Shown here piece by piece: positions 13,390 through 26,399 of a DNA stretch of 64,000 nucleotides. The stretch comes from Pecten maximus (lineage: Eukaryota): NCBI RefSeq assembly GCF_902652985.1, contig NC_047033.1, forward strand, positions 5,270,001 to 5,334,000, given 5' to 3'. Numbering within the stretch: the first letter of the stretch is position 1; each line of letters opens with the position of its first letter. The position numbers and the translations under genes were made by a program. Below the pieces are notes generated by a model. It made no database searches. It saw only the letters and a list, made by a program, of their open reading frames with translations, and was not told the origin of the DNA.

Positions 13390-13630
13390 CACGAGGCCCG
13401 TGACGTATCTACGTACATTTGTATAGGAAGAGTTGCCTCCCCTATACCGCTGGTTTTATTGATGCCAGATTCGAGTGAAAAGGAACGGGTGTCCTGTCCG
13501 ACAACGTGGGTTTCTTCTGCGTACTCTGGTTTTCTCTCATACCAAGACCCGTCACGCGCGTCCATCCTCGCCTTCAAGCGTGATTATTATAATGTAATAG
13601 AACTTCTTTTATAAAATAAAGTTTACATTT
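13390..13630 (+). mobile_element. Old degenerate SINE-like repeat (related relic at ~15860-16022)
   Basis: Core gggtttcttctgcgtactctggttttctc resembles the V-like core; shares a taaaataaa-type tail with the 15.9-kb copy. Confidence 0.45.
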
Positions 13631-14269
13631 TATATGGAATCACTTGTTACCACTTTAACTTTGTCGGATTGAGATAAGACTATTTGAGATCAATATAAAC
13701 AAACAATGTCAGTCGCATTTTCCTCTCGTTTGGACGAAAAGATATGGGAAATATAATAGCTGCATTATTCCCATTAAAATACCACTCTATACCCCTTTTT
13801 TTTAATGTTTTCAACGGAATGGTTTAAATCTTTGTTTGAAATTAGATAAAAAAAACCCATCAAGCGCCGTCAACCCAAATACATTTATAAAAATCACTTT
13901 CTGCCTCTATGCGTATGTTTGTCCTCGTGTAGTCCAATTATTCTCTAGCCCTGACACCAAGTCTGGTGTAGGCTAGACATGGTGTCAGGCCAGAGGAAAC
14001 TCAGGCTAGTTCTCATGGTAACTGGAATGTCAGATATCGTTACCGTATATAATCTGGAATAAAAAAAGAATACCATCAAGCTGAAAGGATATATATCGGT
14101 ATAAAGGATTCGGGTCATAACTGGATACAGACATTTTCCATGACGATCGCATTACTATTTTTTTGTTTTTGTTTTTGTTTTTGTTTCTAATTCATCAGAC
14201 ACGCATTCATCATGTATCATGTAACAAATATTTATCACTCCTGATAACATTGTTATTTGACTTGTGTTT

Positions 14270-14715
14270 ATTTTAGTTGGGCATAACTTCATGCCAAGTT
14301 TGGTTAAATTCTGTTTTGTACTTTAGTAGGACTTCTCTGGACAAGCCTCAACCAATCAGAAGTCGGCGGCCATTTTGAAAAATGCATTATCGTCAAAAAA
14401 AGTCGGGATGCACAACTACTTGGTTTATTGATTATACATGCCAAGTTTTGTTGAAATCAGAACAGTACTTTAGTAGGACTTGTTCTGACAAGCCTCAACC
14501 AATCAAAGTCGGCGGCCATTTTGAAAAATGCATTATCGTAAAAAAAATGTCGCGATGCACAACTTCATGTTGTACTGCTTATACATGCCAAGTTTTGTTG
14601 AAATCGGAATAGTACTTTAGTAGAAGTTCTCCGGACAAGATTATGGGACGGCAGGAGGACAAACAGACAGACGGACAGGCCAATTCCACAATTCCAGTAT
14701 ACCGCCCCTAACTTC

Positions 14716-14751
<36 letters not shown>

Positions 14752-14753
14752 AT
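14270..14753 (+). mobile_element. Helentron-associated (HINE/pearl-like) element with internal 147-bp tandem repeat
   Basis: tgccaagttt recurs at ~14292, 14439 and 14586 (147-bp period); followed by a (GACG/GACA)n tract and a terminal palindrome ataccgcccctaac-ttc-(G)n-tat. Confidence 0.7.
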
Positions 14754-15024
14754 GGAAATCCAGTTGTGAAAATAGAGGCATTATGAGGTCAACGACACAT
14801 GATCAGCAAAACATGTTGCGACCACATACTATATGTTCATCACGTGCACTATATGCAATTATGTAAGTGTGTGGGAGAGAAATTGTGAAATGCACTTGAA
14901 TTTTCCAGTTTAATCACTTGTAAGCCAGAAATGAATTAAACACGTTGTTTCAACGTTTAAGAACGTCAATAGACAGTGACGTAACAACTAAATGGTTAGC
15001 AAGAGTTTCAACTAGGACCTGTTA

Positions 15025-15510
15025 AAAATGTAGGCTGGGGAAGCAGGAATGCTACTGTCTAAAAATGTTTAATTACCAATCGGAAAGAAGCTTGAACGAA
15101 ATAGATTTTTAGAAATTTGTATAGTAAATAACTATATTAATGCGGAAATCTATATCGTCATACAGCTTAATTGTCAATTGTCTGTGTTAGGCACGTTGGA
15201 AGTGAAGATCGAGCTGTAATCGGCTGAAGTTGACCAGTCTTTACTTTCTGAAAAGTCTTTAATTTCCTTAATTTCGCGTTCTACCTGGTAGATCGACATG
15301 ACCAAGGAAAGTTTTGTTAACTTATTGTTAAAGGTGAAGGACTTTGCCATTGTATCACCTGTTCTGATAAGCTCTTCGATATAATCATTCGGCCAATAGA
15401 GGGGCCAAGTTACAGTTGTAGTTCCGAAACCAACAGTCTAATGGACAATCTCGTCACCAAAATCAACAACAGAAATGTTGTTGATAAGATATTATAGTTG
15501 TCTTAATCGT
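15025..15510 (-). mobile_element. Penelope-like retroelement reverse-transcriptase relic
   Basis: Broken minus-strand translation gives YLINNISVVDFGD..TVG, AKSFTF, IYQVEREIKE, LDLHF, LYDD.D and FLDSSIPASPAY, in the order of Penelope/Poseidon RT motifs (FLIDNIFV.FG, IYP.ELEIKE, YLDL, LYDKRDDF, FLSSNIP..PAY). Confidence 0.75.
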
Positions 15511-16204
15511 AGAAATAACGCAATAAGCATCCATTTAGCTCACAACTATGTACTTACTTCATAACGCCGTTCGTCTGTCTTGACAAAACTCTCATCAGTA
15601 GAGAACGAAGGCGTCCCTTACGTTTTGAGAGGGGAATGTTAATGTAATTTATGCTGACAACAGTCGAATTCATCCTTACTGCTTATTACAGAGGTAAGTA
15701 TGAAGGACCGATCAGCACGTTCTAAGATAAAAGATATTGAGTAAAACTACTTAGAACGTGTTTTAAGGGAGAGGACCCCGCATATTTAATTCATAGAGGC
15801 AAACGCTCAACAAAGGCAAAATGCGTGAAAGTGTAAAATGTTACGAAAGAAATGGGGACGTTCGGACGTGGTAAGATATGGATAACCTTCCCGAAAACAA
15901 GGGTTTTCTGCAGATACTCCGCTTTTCTACCTCACGCCATTCCATCTGGGCCAACACGAGATTGGAGTAAGTTGGTAAAATATATAACTTCTTTCGCTAT
16001 TGTTGTAAAATAAATCAAGTTAACATAACTCCGAACACCTTATGAGACCTCTTTGCTCCTGATGGCGGACGTTGTTTTCCTTGTGATAGCACGGACCTGA
16101 TGCCAAATTTATTCTAGGGTTGTATCTTATTCTTGTGTAATGACATAATACTAGTATGATATGCGTTTACTATCTTTTACTACATACAGTATACATGGTC
16201 TATT

Positions 16205-17182
16205 GTATGATTATGGAATTTCACCCCCTTGGGGTGGAACAGGAGAATCTCAACCGGAGAGGAAGATTCTTAAGTTGCTAAACACGTGGCTTGCTGAGTG
16301 TTTGGAAGCTTAATTATCTTACCCCGAGGGTTGAGATTCCCCTGTCTCACTGCCATGGGGGTGAATGATTATTTTCTCTTACCCTGTTTAGCCTCTTATG
16401 TATCTAATATTAAGGTTACATCAATGCAAGGAAATGTTGACGTGACGTGATTGAATTGTCGACGTGACGTCATTGTACTGTTGCCGTGACGTCATGGTAT
16501 TGTTGACGTGACGAAATGCAATTGTTAAGAACGTGCAAAGAGCACATGTAGCTTGTCTTTTCCCTAGGGTGAGATAAGAAAATCTCACCCCGGTAAAACG
16601 GCGGATATCACTGTCCAAGGTGAGAGAATTTCTTTTCTCTTACCCTGGACAGGGATATTCGCAGTTTTACCGGGGTGAGATTTTCTTTTCTCCCATACTT
16701 CAGAGGGTTATCCGGCGGTTGCTAGGGAAAAGATAAATCGATCTTACACAGAGTGGGTAAAGACAGCTGCCACGCGCTATATGACGCCGCTCACAATAAC
16801 GTAACGTCATCATTTTACGTTGAGTAACCAAGTCGTAAATGATGACGTCATCAATTTTGACGCACATTACAAGGAGCATTGAAGATGGCGCGATGAAAAA
16901 CTTTCATAAAAACTTACATTTGGCTGCAAGTATGTGAGAAAAATAATCAATCACGGGTCTGTTCCGCAAACAAGGATATCTCAACCCTCGTGTAAGATTT
17001 TGGCTGGCCAGCACTCGGTAAGCCAAACTCTTACACTCGGGTTGAGATATCCCTGTCTACGGAACAGACCAGTGATAGATTCTATTATTCTCTTACCCTG
17101 GACAGGGATATCCGCAGTTTTTTAAAAGAAAATCTTACCCCGGTAAAACTGCGGATATCCCTGTCCAGGGTAAGAGAAAATA
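16205..17182. mobile_element. Cluster of abutting hairpin-ended elements (family 2; terminus ...CTGTCCAGGGTAAGAGAA)
   Basis: Two long fold-backs (~16220-16370 and ~16940-17088) and four copies of the terminal motif ttctcttaccctggacagggatat in alternating orientation; a related copy lies at 59340-59680. Confidence 0.75.
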
Positions 17183-18517
17183 GGATCATTACTCGGACAG
17201 CAATATGCTTGTTTGACATCAGCATTCCATGATTTGTATAATCAGGATATCGCTATGTTATGTCTGTCTATGTCTACCTCTGATAAGAACACGTTTTACG
17301 TAAGCTCTAAGTTTGTTACCAAATCTTTTATATTTTTGATTTGTTGTACTGTACTTCTTAGTTTCTTAAATGATTTTTTTAATACGAATATTCAGCAGTC
17401 TCTCACAAGACATAATCCACAACACGCAAAAAGCTCTAACACAAGGGCAGTAACTGTTAAAGTTTAAACAATACAAAACAAAATTAAAACTGCAGGTAAG
17501 AAGCAAAGAACGCTCTGTGAAATACAATCATGTTTTTATGATCGCGGCGAAGATAACGGTAGTTTGATGTAAACACTATTATGTTTATATAACAATTGGA
17601 CATACCGGGTAATGCTCTGGTATTATAAAATGACAACACGCCTTTTAAGTGTCGTTCTCATATGACATTGGCTGCTAAAAGGAGCCCATGCGATCGAAAG
17701 ATCCCGGACATTGATGGCATTGACAAATTAAATGTAAGGGGAAAAAAAAAGAAAGAAAAACAAATTAAATAAATGAATAAAAAACAGACGATTTCATAGG
17801 AAATAGCGGCATACACAGAGATAAGTTATATATTGAAAAACCACGAGCGTCTGCTTCTTACGAAAGCCGGTTGGGACCATTTTTGTAGAAGAAAATAAAA
17901 AAAAATTCGCGTTATTACGCGAAACTAACGCGTTGTATCGCGAAACTTTCGCGTAATTACGCGAAACTAACGCGTTATTACGCGAAACTAACGCGTTATA
18001 TCGCGAAACTTTCGCGTTATTTCGCGAAACTGACGCGTTATTACGCGAAACTGACGCGTTATTACACGAAACTTTCGCGTTATTTCGCGAAACTTACGCG
18101 TTATTACGCGAAACTAACGCGTTATATCACGAATATATATTGATAGTTATAAGAAGTATCGGCTACTTTTGAAGAGTATTGACATGAGGCACGACAGTTT
18201 AGTGAGTTTTTTATTTTGAGTTAAGCCTCCTATCCCAAGCTGAAATTTTGAGTTTTTTTAACAATAGTGGATAGTGCTGTTTTAAACAATTCAACACGTA
18301 AACGAACTTTGAAACGATAGTGTTTAACAATAAGGAAATTAGTTCTCGGATATATACGATGTTGCATTATTCATTCTCAAAGAATTACAAAATTCTGGAC
18401 AGAAAAAAAAAATCTTGGTTCTCGCCCTCCATCTTTACAGTCAGTATCTGATACTCTGAAACCATTTCATCGTCTGATATAACCTGCTGCGCATTATAAC
18501 GCAAAAGTTTCGTGATA

Positions 18518-18643
18518 TTATACAATTATCGACCTGTTTTCAGGTAAATATGATGATTTATAAACAACTCGAGAAAATGATATTTCCCGAGGCCGAAGGT
18601 CATCGTATTCACCTGAAAACAGGTTGATAACTGCTTTATTATA
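18518..18643. mobile_element. Crypton-like terminal fold-back (partly deleted), nested in the IS3EU element
   Basis: TA|TTATACAATTATC start; arms acctgttttcaggtaaatatgatga / tcatcgtattcacctgaaaacaggt; apex cccGAggccGAAgg; followed by TTTATTATA. Confidence 0.75.
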
Positions 18644-19065
18644 TGACAAAACTGCAACATTTTCATATTACAGAATGATTATCATTACCTGTCATAGGAT
18701 TGAAAAAATAATAGTGATCGACTGGAGAAAGGTTCAAAATGACATTTAAAAAGTCAAAGTCAACAATGAATTTAAACTTCATTATTTATTATTGCTTAAA
18801 ATTCAACAAAATGTAAATGCTAAAACATCTAAAAATTCAGTCTATTAAACTCTGTCCGGGAGTACATACCTACACGTACATGTAAGCATGCTTTTTTGAC
18901 GACACGGATAGTTGGACATTCCCTTGTTACTATATTTGGGTGTGTAATCGAGTTGTTGGATTGTTATGTCACCCTGGATTTGACGTCACGGATTGCGGGA
19001 GAGTCCCTGTTATTATATTTGGGTGCGTATTCGAGTTATTGGGTGGTTGTATCACTCTGTAGCGA

Positions 19066-19588
19066 GAGAGGGTACGGACAAAAGCCCCCCCCCCCCCCCC
19101 CCCCCAGACATTAGCCCCTAGGACAAAAGCCCCTTCATACTAATCAAAAAGTGGACAAAAGCTCCTTTATATAAAAAAAAAATTAATTTCAATATATGTA
19201 CATTTTCATTGATGTTGTATTCTCATGAAAAGAAATATATCATTAATGTCTTCATGTGTATCAACAGTGAAATGTCTTTATTTGCACAGGTATCAATTTG
19301 TTTTTTTATATGATTTCTTTGATTTTAATCATTCCTAAAATTAAAATGATTACAAGACAGAGCAACATGTTTGGTAAGGCAGTCATTATATTATAACTTG
19401 AGACACAGATACTGAAAAAGGAGATGTTTTAGGAACCTGATGGCACCATGTAATCGATGATTATTGATAAAATACTATTAAAAAATACAGATTTACTAAT
19501 AGTATATAACGTATACCAACTAAATTTATATAGAAGGGGCTTTTGTCCGGGGGGTGGGGGTAAGGGACGGGGGTGTTTTATCCTACAC
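19066..19588. mobile_element. MITE with GGACAAAAGCCC subterminal repeats, nested in the IS3EU element
   Basis: ggacaaaagccc-like repeats at the left end; inverted gggcttttgtcc at the right end. Confidence 0.6.
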
Positions 19589-22500
19589 TGAGGCACGGAT
19601 TCGGGGTTGATAATAATATTTGATCAAAGGGATAATGTTTAGAATTGCCCAATCTGGAAAGGGGGGAAATCACAGTCATATAATAATATTTCGCGTAATT
19701 ACGCGTTAGTTTCGCGTAATAACGCGTTAGTTTCGCGTAATAACGCGTAAGTTTCGCGATATTACGCGTTAGTTTCGCGTAACAACGCGAAAGTTTCGCG
19801 AAAAAACGCGTTAGTTTCGCGTAATAACGCGAAAGTTTCGCGATATAACGCGTTAGTTTCGCGATATAACGCGATAGTTTAGCGTTATTACGCGAATTTT
19901 TTTTTATTTTTTTCTACGAAAATGGTCCCAACCGGCTTTCGTAGCTTCTGGTTAGTATTGATAGAAAAAAATCTATTAGATCTTATTCATACTACATCAA
20001 TAAGGTATACAAGCAGGATCGAATATTGTTTTCTATAAACACCAACCAGAAGCAGTCGCCTGTGTTTAAACCTTGTGACAAAAATACACTTGTTGTTGAG
20101 CCTACATATCGCCTGATCAATCCAATCATTAGATATTAACTGGTTTCGTAGGACCATTGCACGTTTTTCTATCTCAAATCTCCATATGAATGTGCAGGCT
20201 GTGGTGTGTTTGTTGATGTTTTTAAAGTTTTAAATATCAAGGTCTCGTAGATTGAATAAGATACCCAAGCAGTGCTAAAGCTCAGCTAGTATTACACAAT
20301 GTATGTTTATGGTCCATTACCGATGGGTAATTTATCATCAAGCAATACAAAGCCTATACAAACATATCTTTACTCATGCATATTGATTTATTTAGATGCA
20401 TAATTCAAAGTGATAATTCATGTCAATTCCTACGAATGTTTTTTTTTTTTTGCCAGCTTTAATTCGTTTTTTTTTTTTTTTTTAATTTCATATCAGCAAA
20501 CGTTCGGTTCCGAAAAGCAAATCCATACTGCCGATAACAAATGAAGATCCCTCTTGGCTATATTTTTAACAAGTATTGAACATTATTTGTCGAAGATTTG
20601 ATATTTGACACTACAATGCTCTTAGATTTTGACGCGAGATAAACTTACATGATTAATGAACAGGTTTGAAAAAAAGAAAACCACCACGGAGATAAAAACA
20701 CCGAGGTGAAAGTTTATGCATATATACAGTTATGTCAATTTCCGGTACCATGAATGTTTTATGTAATAGTATGTCCCTTAATCGATATAATTTTATCTGG
20801 CTCAAATCCTTACCGACGCTAGTATTTAGTCACCGTGTTGTCTGGGCGTTTTTATTTTTTTAAATTCACTGAAAGCGATGTTTCAAACATTTCGAATTGC
20901 TATCTTTTCCAGAAGTTTACACGCAACTCTGTATTTTTGTTTATATTTTGTCCCCATTTGATCGATTTTGAGTTTGAGTTTGAGTTTCATTACCACGTCG
21001 ATATTCCTTGTTGTTTTAAAGCATGTCTAGCTGAAGATTTCATACTCTTTAAAAGGTATTTTTTCTCATACATAGTAAAATAGCTTTCAGAAATAGCGAT
21101 ATACAAGCCTGTGCCGTAAAAAAGTTCTATAAATATATGTTTATGTGTTTAAAAAAACACTGTTTTCCTTGGTTGATTTTTGTAAACAATGCCACACAGA
21201 GAAAACCGAACAGAGTCACGTGGGCGTGATACCGTGCACAGCGTTCTGCTAGCGATCGGTAACATATGTATTCTTGTAGGTCTTATTGAATTATAATGAT
21301 ATTGTTTTAGACTTATTTAGATATTTACAAACACGGATGCGGACACTTTAATTAATTTTCGTAATTAAGGAATTCCTACTGATAGCATTTATCATTTTCC
21401 AATTGTGACTTTTAAAAGTGATTAGCTTAAAGCTGCAGTAAAGAGTATACTTATACATGAAAATTCTTGGTGAAATAAAACCGAAATAAAATCAAATGGA
21501 AATTACAGCTCATGTACTCTCTTTTTTAAGAGGTCAGCGGTAATCCGTTTTTTAGTTTCATAAATCAATCATCAATTTTCAACCTTGTACATTTTCCACT
21601 GTATCATAAGTTTCGTATGATACAGTAAAATGTTGCCTAGGAACGCTTTAAAAACAACGATGCAGTTCTTTTGCTATGATTGTGTACAAAAGACACACAT
21701 AATAAAAGTATATGTCAATGCAAAATGTAAGTTAGATACCGTAGAAAAACAAGAGACCAGGGGTCACGTAGTTCTCTGGTATGGCATTATTATTCTATTT
21801 ATTCTTGTCAATGTTCTTGCATTTGGTAAAAAAAATTGTTTGTCAGAACTAACGTCTCATCTGTAAACGGTCTTTTACCGTGCAGCTCAGTCGGCAACCG
21901 TAAACAATAATCAACCGACCATTAATCAATCTGTAACCGAATAACAGATTAAATTTTATCATCAATCAAAAATCGATAACTGAAGAAAATCAATAATTGA
22001 TCACCAACGAATTATCTGTTTAGAACGATTGCTACAAAGGTTATTATGATGTATCACAGTATTATTGTATTACATTCTGAAATTATTTTCTTGTGAATTA
22101 TGTGCACGCTATATTCTTACGTTTAACTTTCCGTTGACAAACAAGAGTCCTATAACCTCGTACCATTTATGATTATTATTATTTCTTTAGCTGTCGTCGT
22201 CCAAATGATGTTAATATTGTCAATATTTGTACGTTATTAACTATTATTATCCATTACACAACATGTTATATCAGACACCTTCATTACACAACATGTTATA
22301 TCAGACATCTTCATTACACAACATGTTTTATCAGATATCTCCATTACACAACATGTTATATCAGATATCTCGATTACACAACATGTTATATCAGATATCT
22401 CCAATACACAACATGTTTTATCAGATATCTCCAATACACAACATGTTTTATCAGATATCACCATTACACAACATGTTATATCAGATATCTCCATTACACA

Positions 22501-23796
22501 ACATGTTATATCAGATATCTCCATTACACAACATGTTATATCAGATATCTCCATTACCCAACATGTTATATCAGATATCTCCATCGCACAACATGTTTTA
22601 TCAGATATCTCCAATACACAACATGTTATATCAGATATCTCCATTACACAACATGTTTTATCCGATATCTCCATTACACATGTTTAATCATATATCTCCA
22701 TTACACAACATGTTATATCAGATATCTCCATTACACAACATGTTATATCAGATATCTCCATCGCACAACATGTTTTATCAGATATCTCCATTACACAACA
22801 TGTTATATCAGATATCTCCATTACACAACATGTTTTATCCGATATCTCCATTACACATGTTTAATCATATATCTCCATTACACAACATGCTATATCAGAT
22901 ATCTCCATTACACAACATGTTATATCAGATATCTCCATTACACAACATGTTTTATCAGATATCTCCAATACACAACATGTTTTATTAAATATATCCATTA
23001 CACAACATGTTTTATCAGATATCTCCAATACACAACATGTTTTATTAAATATATCCATTACACAACATGTTTTATCATATATCTCCATTACACAACATGT
23101 TTTATCAGATATATCCATTAAACCACATGTTATATCATATTTCTCCATTACACAACAATTTTCATCAGATATCTCGAATACATAATATGTTATATCAGAT
23201 ATCTCCATTACACAACATGTTTTATGAGATATCTCCATAACACAACATGTTTTTATCATATATCTCCATTACACAACATGTTTTATCAGATATCTCCAAT
23301 ACACAACATGTTTGATCAGATATCTCCAATACACAACATGTTTTATCAGATATCTTCAATACACAACATGTTATATCAGATATCTCCATTACACAACATG
23401 TTATATCAGATATCTCCAATACACAACATATTTTATCAGATATCTCGAATACACAACATGTTATATCAGATATCTCCATTACATAACATGTTTTATCAGA
23501 TATCTCCAATACACAACATGTTTTATCAGATATCTTCAATACACAACATGTTATATCAGATATCTCCATTACACAACATGTTATATCAGGTATCTTCAAT
23601 ACACAACATGTTTTATCAGATATCTCCAATACACAACATGTTTTATCAGATATCTTCAATACACAACATGTTATTATCAGATATCTCCATTACACAACAT
23701 GTCATATAAGATATCTCCAATACACAACATGTTTTATCAGATATCCCCAATACAAAACATGTTTTATCAGATATCTTCAATACACAACATGTTTTA

Positions 23797-24475
23797 TTAT
23801 ACCTCAGACTTGTATCACAGCTTCTGATTAGTGAAAAACATGTCACGTGATTTAAAACATTCGTTATGTCACCCTCTCGTGAGCCCTCCAAAATCGTTAT
23901 GTCACCCTCTCGTGAGCCCCAACTCGGAACTCTCTTCCGTAACGTCTTCAAAAGTAGTCGAATCAGAGAAGTTCCGAGTATTCTGCTTGACAACAACAAT
24001 GGCTGCCGGCGGACGCTATCGTCTGCCAACAGAGGAGGAATTGGCGAAATTATTGCAAGAAAAGGATTCTAAAAACACCAAAAGGGTCATCAATGTGGCC
24101 GTGGATTCCTTTAGACATTTCCTATCTGCAACAGGTAGGCCTAGACCAAAGGATTGTGAAAACTTCGACGTCCATACATTGAAAGTTCAACTGGGAGAAT
24201 TTTATGCCGGGTCCAGAAAGACGATGGGGTACCTCTTAAAAACTTTTCTTAAAAACTGTTGATAGTAATAAATAAACTTATTGATACCAAAATTAATAAA
24301 CTTATGTTTTTTTTCGGTATAATAAAACAATTACTGCCCTTGTTCCGAGTTGACATGAATATTTGCCCACCCTTGAGTTGTCATGTCACCCTCGGGCTAC
24401 GCCCTCGGGTGACATGACACCTCTCGGGTGGTCAAATATTCATGTCAACCCGGAACAAGGGCAATAATTGTATAA
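23797..24475 (+). mobile_element. Non-autonomous Crypton-like (tyrosine-recombinase/DUF3504-related) element
   Basis: Clean insertion into a satellite unit: catgttt-TA-[TTATACC...GTATAA]-TA-tcaga; contains a truncated ORF and a 145-bp terminal fold-back (24327-24471). Confidence 0.85.
23999..24262 (+). pseudogene. Truncated N-terminal part of a Crypton/DUF3504-type recombinase-like protein (87 aa)
   Basis: RYRLPTEEEL...SKNTKR...FRHFL...LKVQLGEFYAGSRKTMG resembles the SxNTxxxT...L..FY...RK.dG N-terminal pattern of Crypton/ZMYM/KCTD1-type proteins (recognised from memory); no catalytic domain present. Confidence 0.7.
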
Positions 24476-25208
24476 TATCAGATATCTCCATTACACAACA
24501 TGTTTTATCAGATATCTCCATTACACAACATTTTTCATCAGATATCTCGATTACACAACATGTTATATCAGATATCTCCATTACACAACATGTTTTATGA
24601 GATATCTCCATTACACAACATGTTTTTATCATATATCTCCATTACACAACATGTTTTATCAAATGATATGGCCAGGATGCGCATTAGTCATCGAGGCGAA
24701 ATTAAGTATCCTTAGCACTATAATAACATTATCTGTGAATATAGTACCAAGGAATTCAAAATATCAACATGTTTGGGAAACCGTCAACTTTTATATTCGT
24801 AAGAATGACTGTCTTCAACAAACATCAGACATAAATGGTATACAAATTAGTAAAAAGTAAATATGAACATCAAATATAAAAACACAATTTTCACACGATT
24901 TTTATTCGTTGATTGACGAAACCGTTTAAATACTGTAGCGACAAAACAAATCATTGCAAGATATTTCAGTGTTATTTAAATTCCTTCAATTTCGTGCCGA
25001 TTCTACATAAGTGTCTATAAATGCTACAATGCTACAATGTTACACCATTGTTGGATTGTGACGTCATAAATGTGATGACGTTGTTATCAGCTCCAAGATA
25101 ATAGCATCACTCCTCACGACCTCATTTCATTATAAAGCGAACATAAATATATATATCCATTCAAATATAAACACACAAATAAATCTATATAATATAAACA
25201 CACACTAA

Positions 25209-25240
<32 letters not shown>

Positions 25241-26026
25241 GATGTATACAATATAGACAGACAAAACAAATATATATGTAATATAAATACAAATAAATGT
25301 AATTTTATAGTATAACTTGTCAAAACCATTCTGTCAAATCAGGACTCCTGTCTATTCTGGCATTCATGTCAGCTGGTTCCGGCATTTTCCTTCTTAATTT
25401 CTTAAAACAATGGTCGTTGAACTGACCATGTTATAAGTGTGCGTCTAAAATATATCTGAACAAAACCGGCCTTCATGTTTTTCCAACAAGAAACAATATA
25501 GACGAACACTTCGAAGACCTTCACAGATTGCCGATTTTTTAAGGTAACGGCCATGTAATTGTTGATGGAGGCGCTCACGGGTGTTACATACCTGTTATTT
25601 TGATATGCATCTCGAAGTAGTCCACGAATTTTCTCCACACCAGGTAATTATTGTCACATAAAGTGAACACTTTTGAAATGTGTTCTTTTAAAATAAACCT
25701 TTCGAGCGTCTAATTGATAGAGAACATCTGGATGCTGATATCACGGCAATGTAACTCAGCTGACTCACTCGGATGACTAGGAAAACGATTTTGTCATTGA
25801 CTATTTAGACAGTAAAATTTATGTTTAAACGATAACGACGATGGCAACATTACTGACCAATACACTGCACGGCTCGGGCTTGACCTACCTAGATGTTTGC
25901 TTTCATCTTCATTTGTTCATTTATTCATGCAATATCTGCTTCTAACACACATACAACTATGACAGACACTTTTTTTGTCAGAAGTTGAATAGTTCCTTTT
26001 GTTATGTACTTGTAAATAAGATACAT

Positions 26027-26276
26027 TTGGTTTGGTTTGGTTTATTTTGTTTAACGTCCTATTAACATCTAAGGTCATTTAAGGACGGCCTCCCGTGCGT
26101 GCGACATGCATGCGTGTGGTGATTGCGTATGTGTGTTGTGGGAGGCTGCGATATGTTCGTGTTAAGTCTCCTTGTGATAGGCCGGAACTTTTGCCGATTT
26201 ATAGTGCTACCTCACTGAAGCATACTGCCGAAGACATCCAGCAGCACACCCCACCCGGTCACATTATACTGACAAC
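26027..26276 (-). mobile_element. SINE family 2, 5'-truncated
   Basis: Near-identical to 38188-38470; same 3' tail as family 1; 7-bp TSD GATACAT (26020-26 / 26277-83). Confidence 0.85.
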
Positions 26277-26399
26277 GATACATGTATCAAGCTTGTGAAA
26301 TGTTATCACTGTTGACAGTTACACGTCTCTATGAACGTGATACCTGTGTAAACAGGCTGGTCCCGAAGACATCAGGTTTAGAATAATCAAAATGTCAAA

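Larger units (their letters stand above)
17859..19943. mobile_element. Non-autonomous IS3EU-type DNA transposon with long repeat-rich TIRs and nested insertions
   Basis: Termini TACGAAAGCCGGTTGGGACCATTTT...AAAATGGTCCCAACCGGCTTTCGTA; 6-bp TSD GCTTCT (17853-58 / 19944-49); subterminal 21-bp repeats cgcgttattacgcgaaactaa inverted at the two ends. TAY..RTA ends with a 6-bp TSD are the IS3EU signature. Confidence 0.85.
22248..24660. repeat. 30-bp satellite (CCATTACACAACATGTTWTATCAGATATCT), interrupted at 23797-24475
   Basis: Direct tandem repetition; explains the ISPLHNMLYQ / MEISDITCCV ORFs. Confidence 0.97.

Noticed and set aside
13928-14009. Small fold-back (ctctagccctgacacca / tggtgtcaggccagag)
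   Set aside because: Probably a tiny MITE relic; it lacks the GA/GA and TTATAC signatures and has no clear TSD.
22227-24860. Long repetitive ORFs on both strands (ISPLHNMLYQ, MEISDITCCV, IRYLQYTTC)
   Set aside because: They follow from a 30-bp unit lacking stops in several frames; frame-breaking 27- and 31-bp units occur, so there is no sign of coding constraint.
25402-25638. 78-aa minus-strand ORF downstream of the GT31 gene
   Set aside because: No recognisable motif or supporting splice structure.
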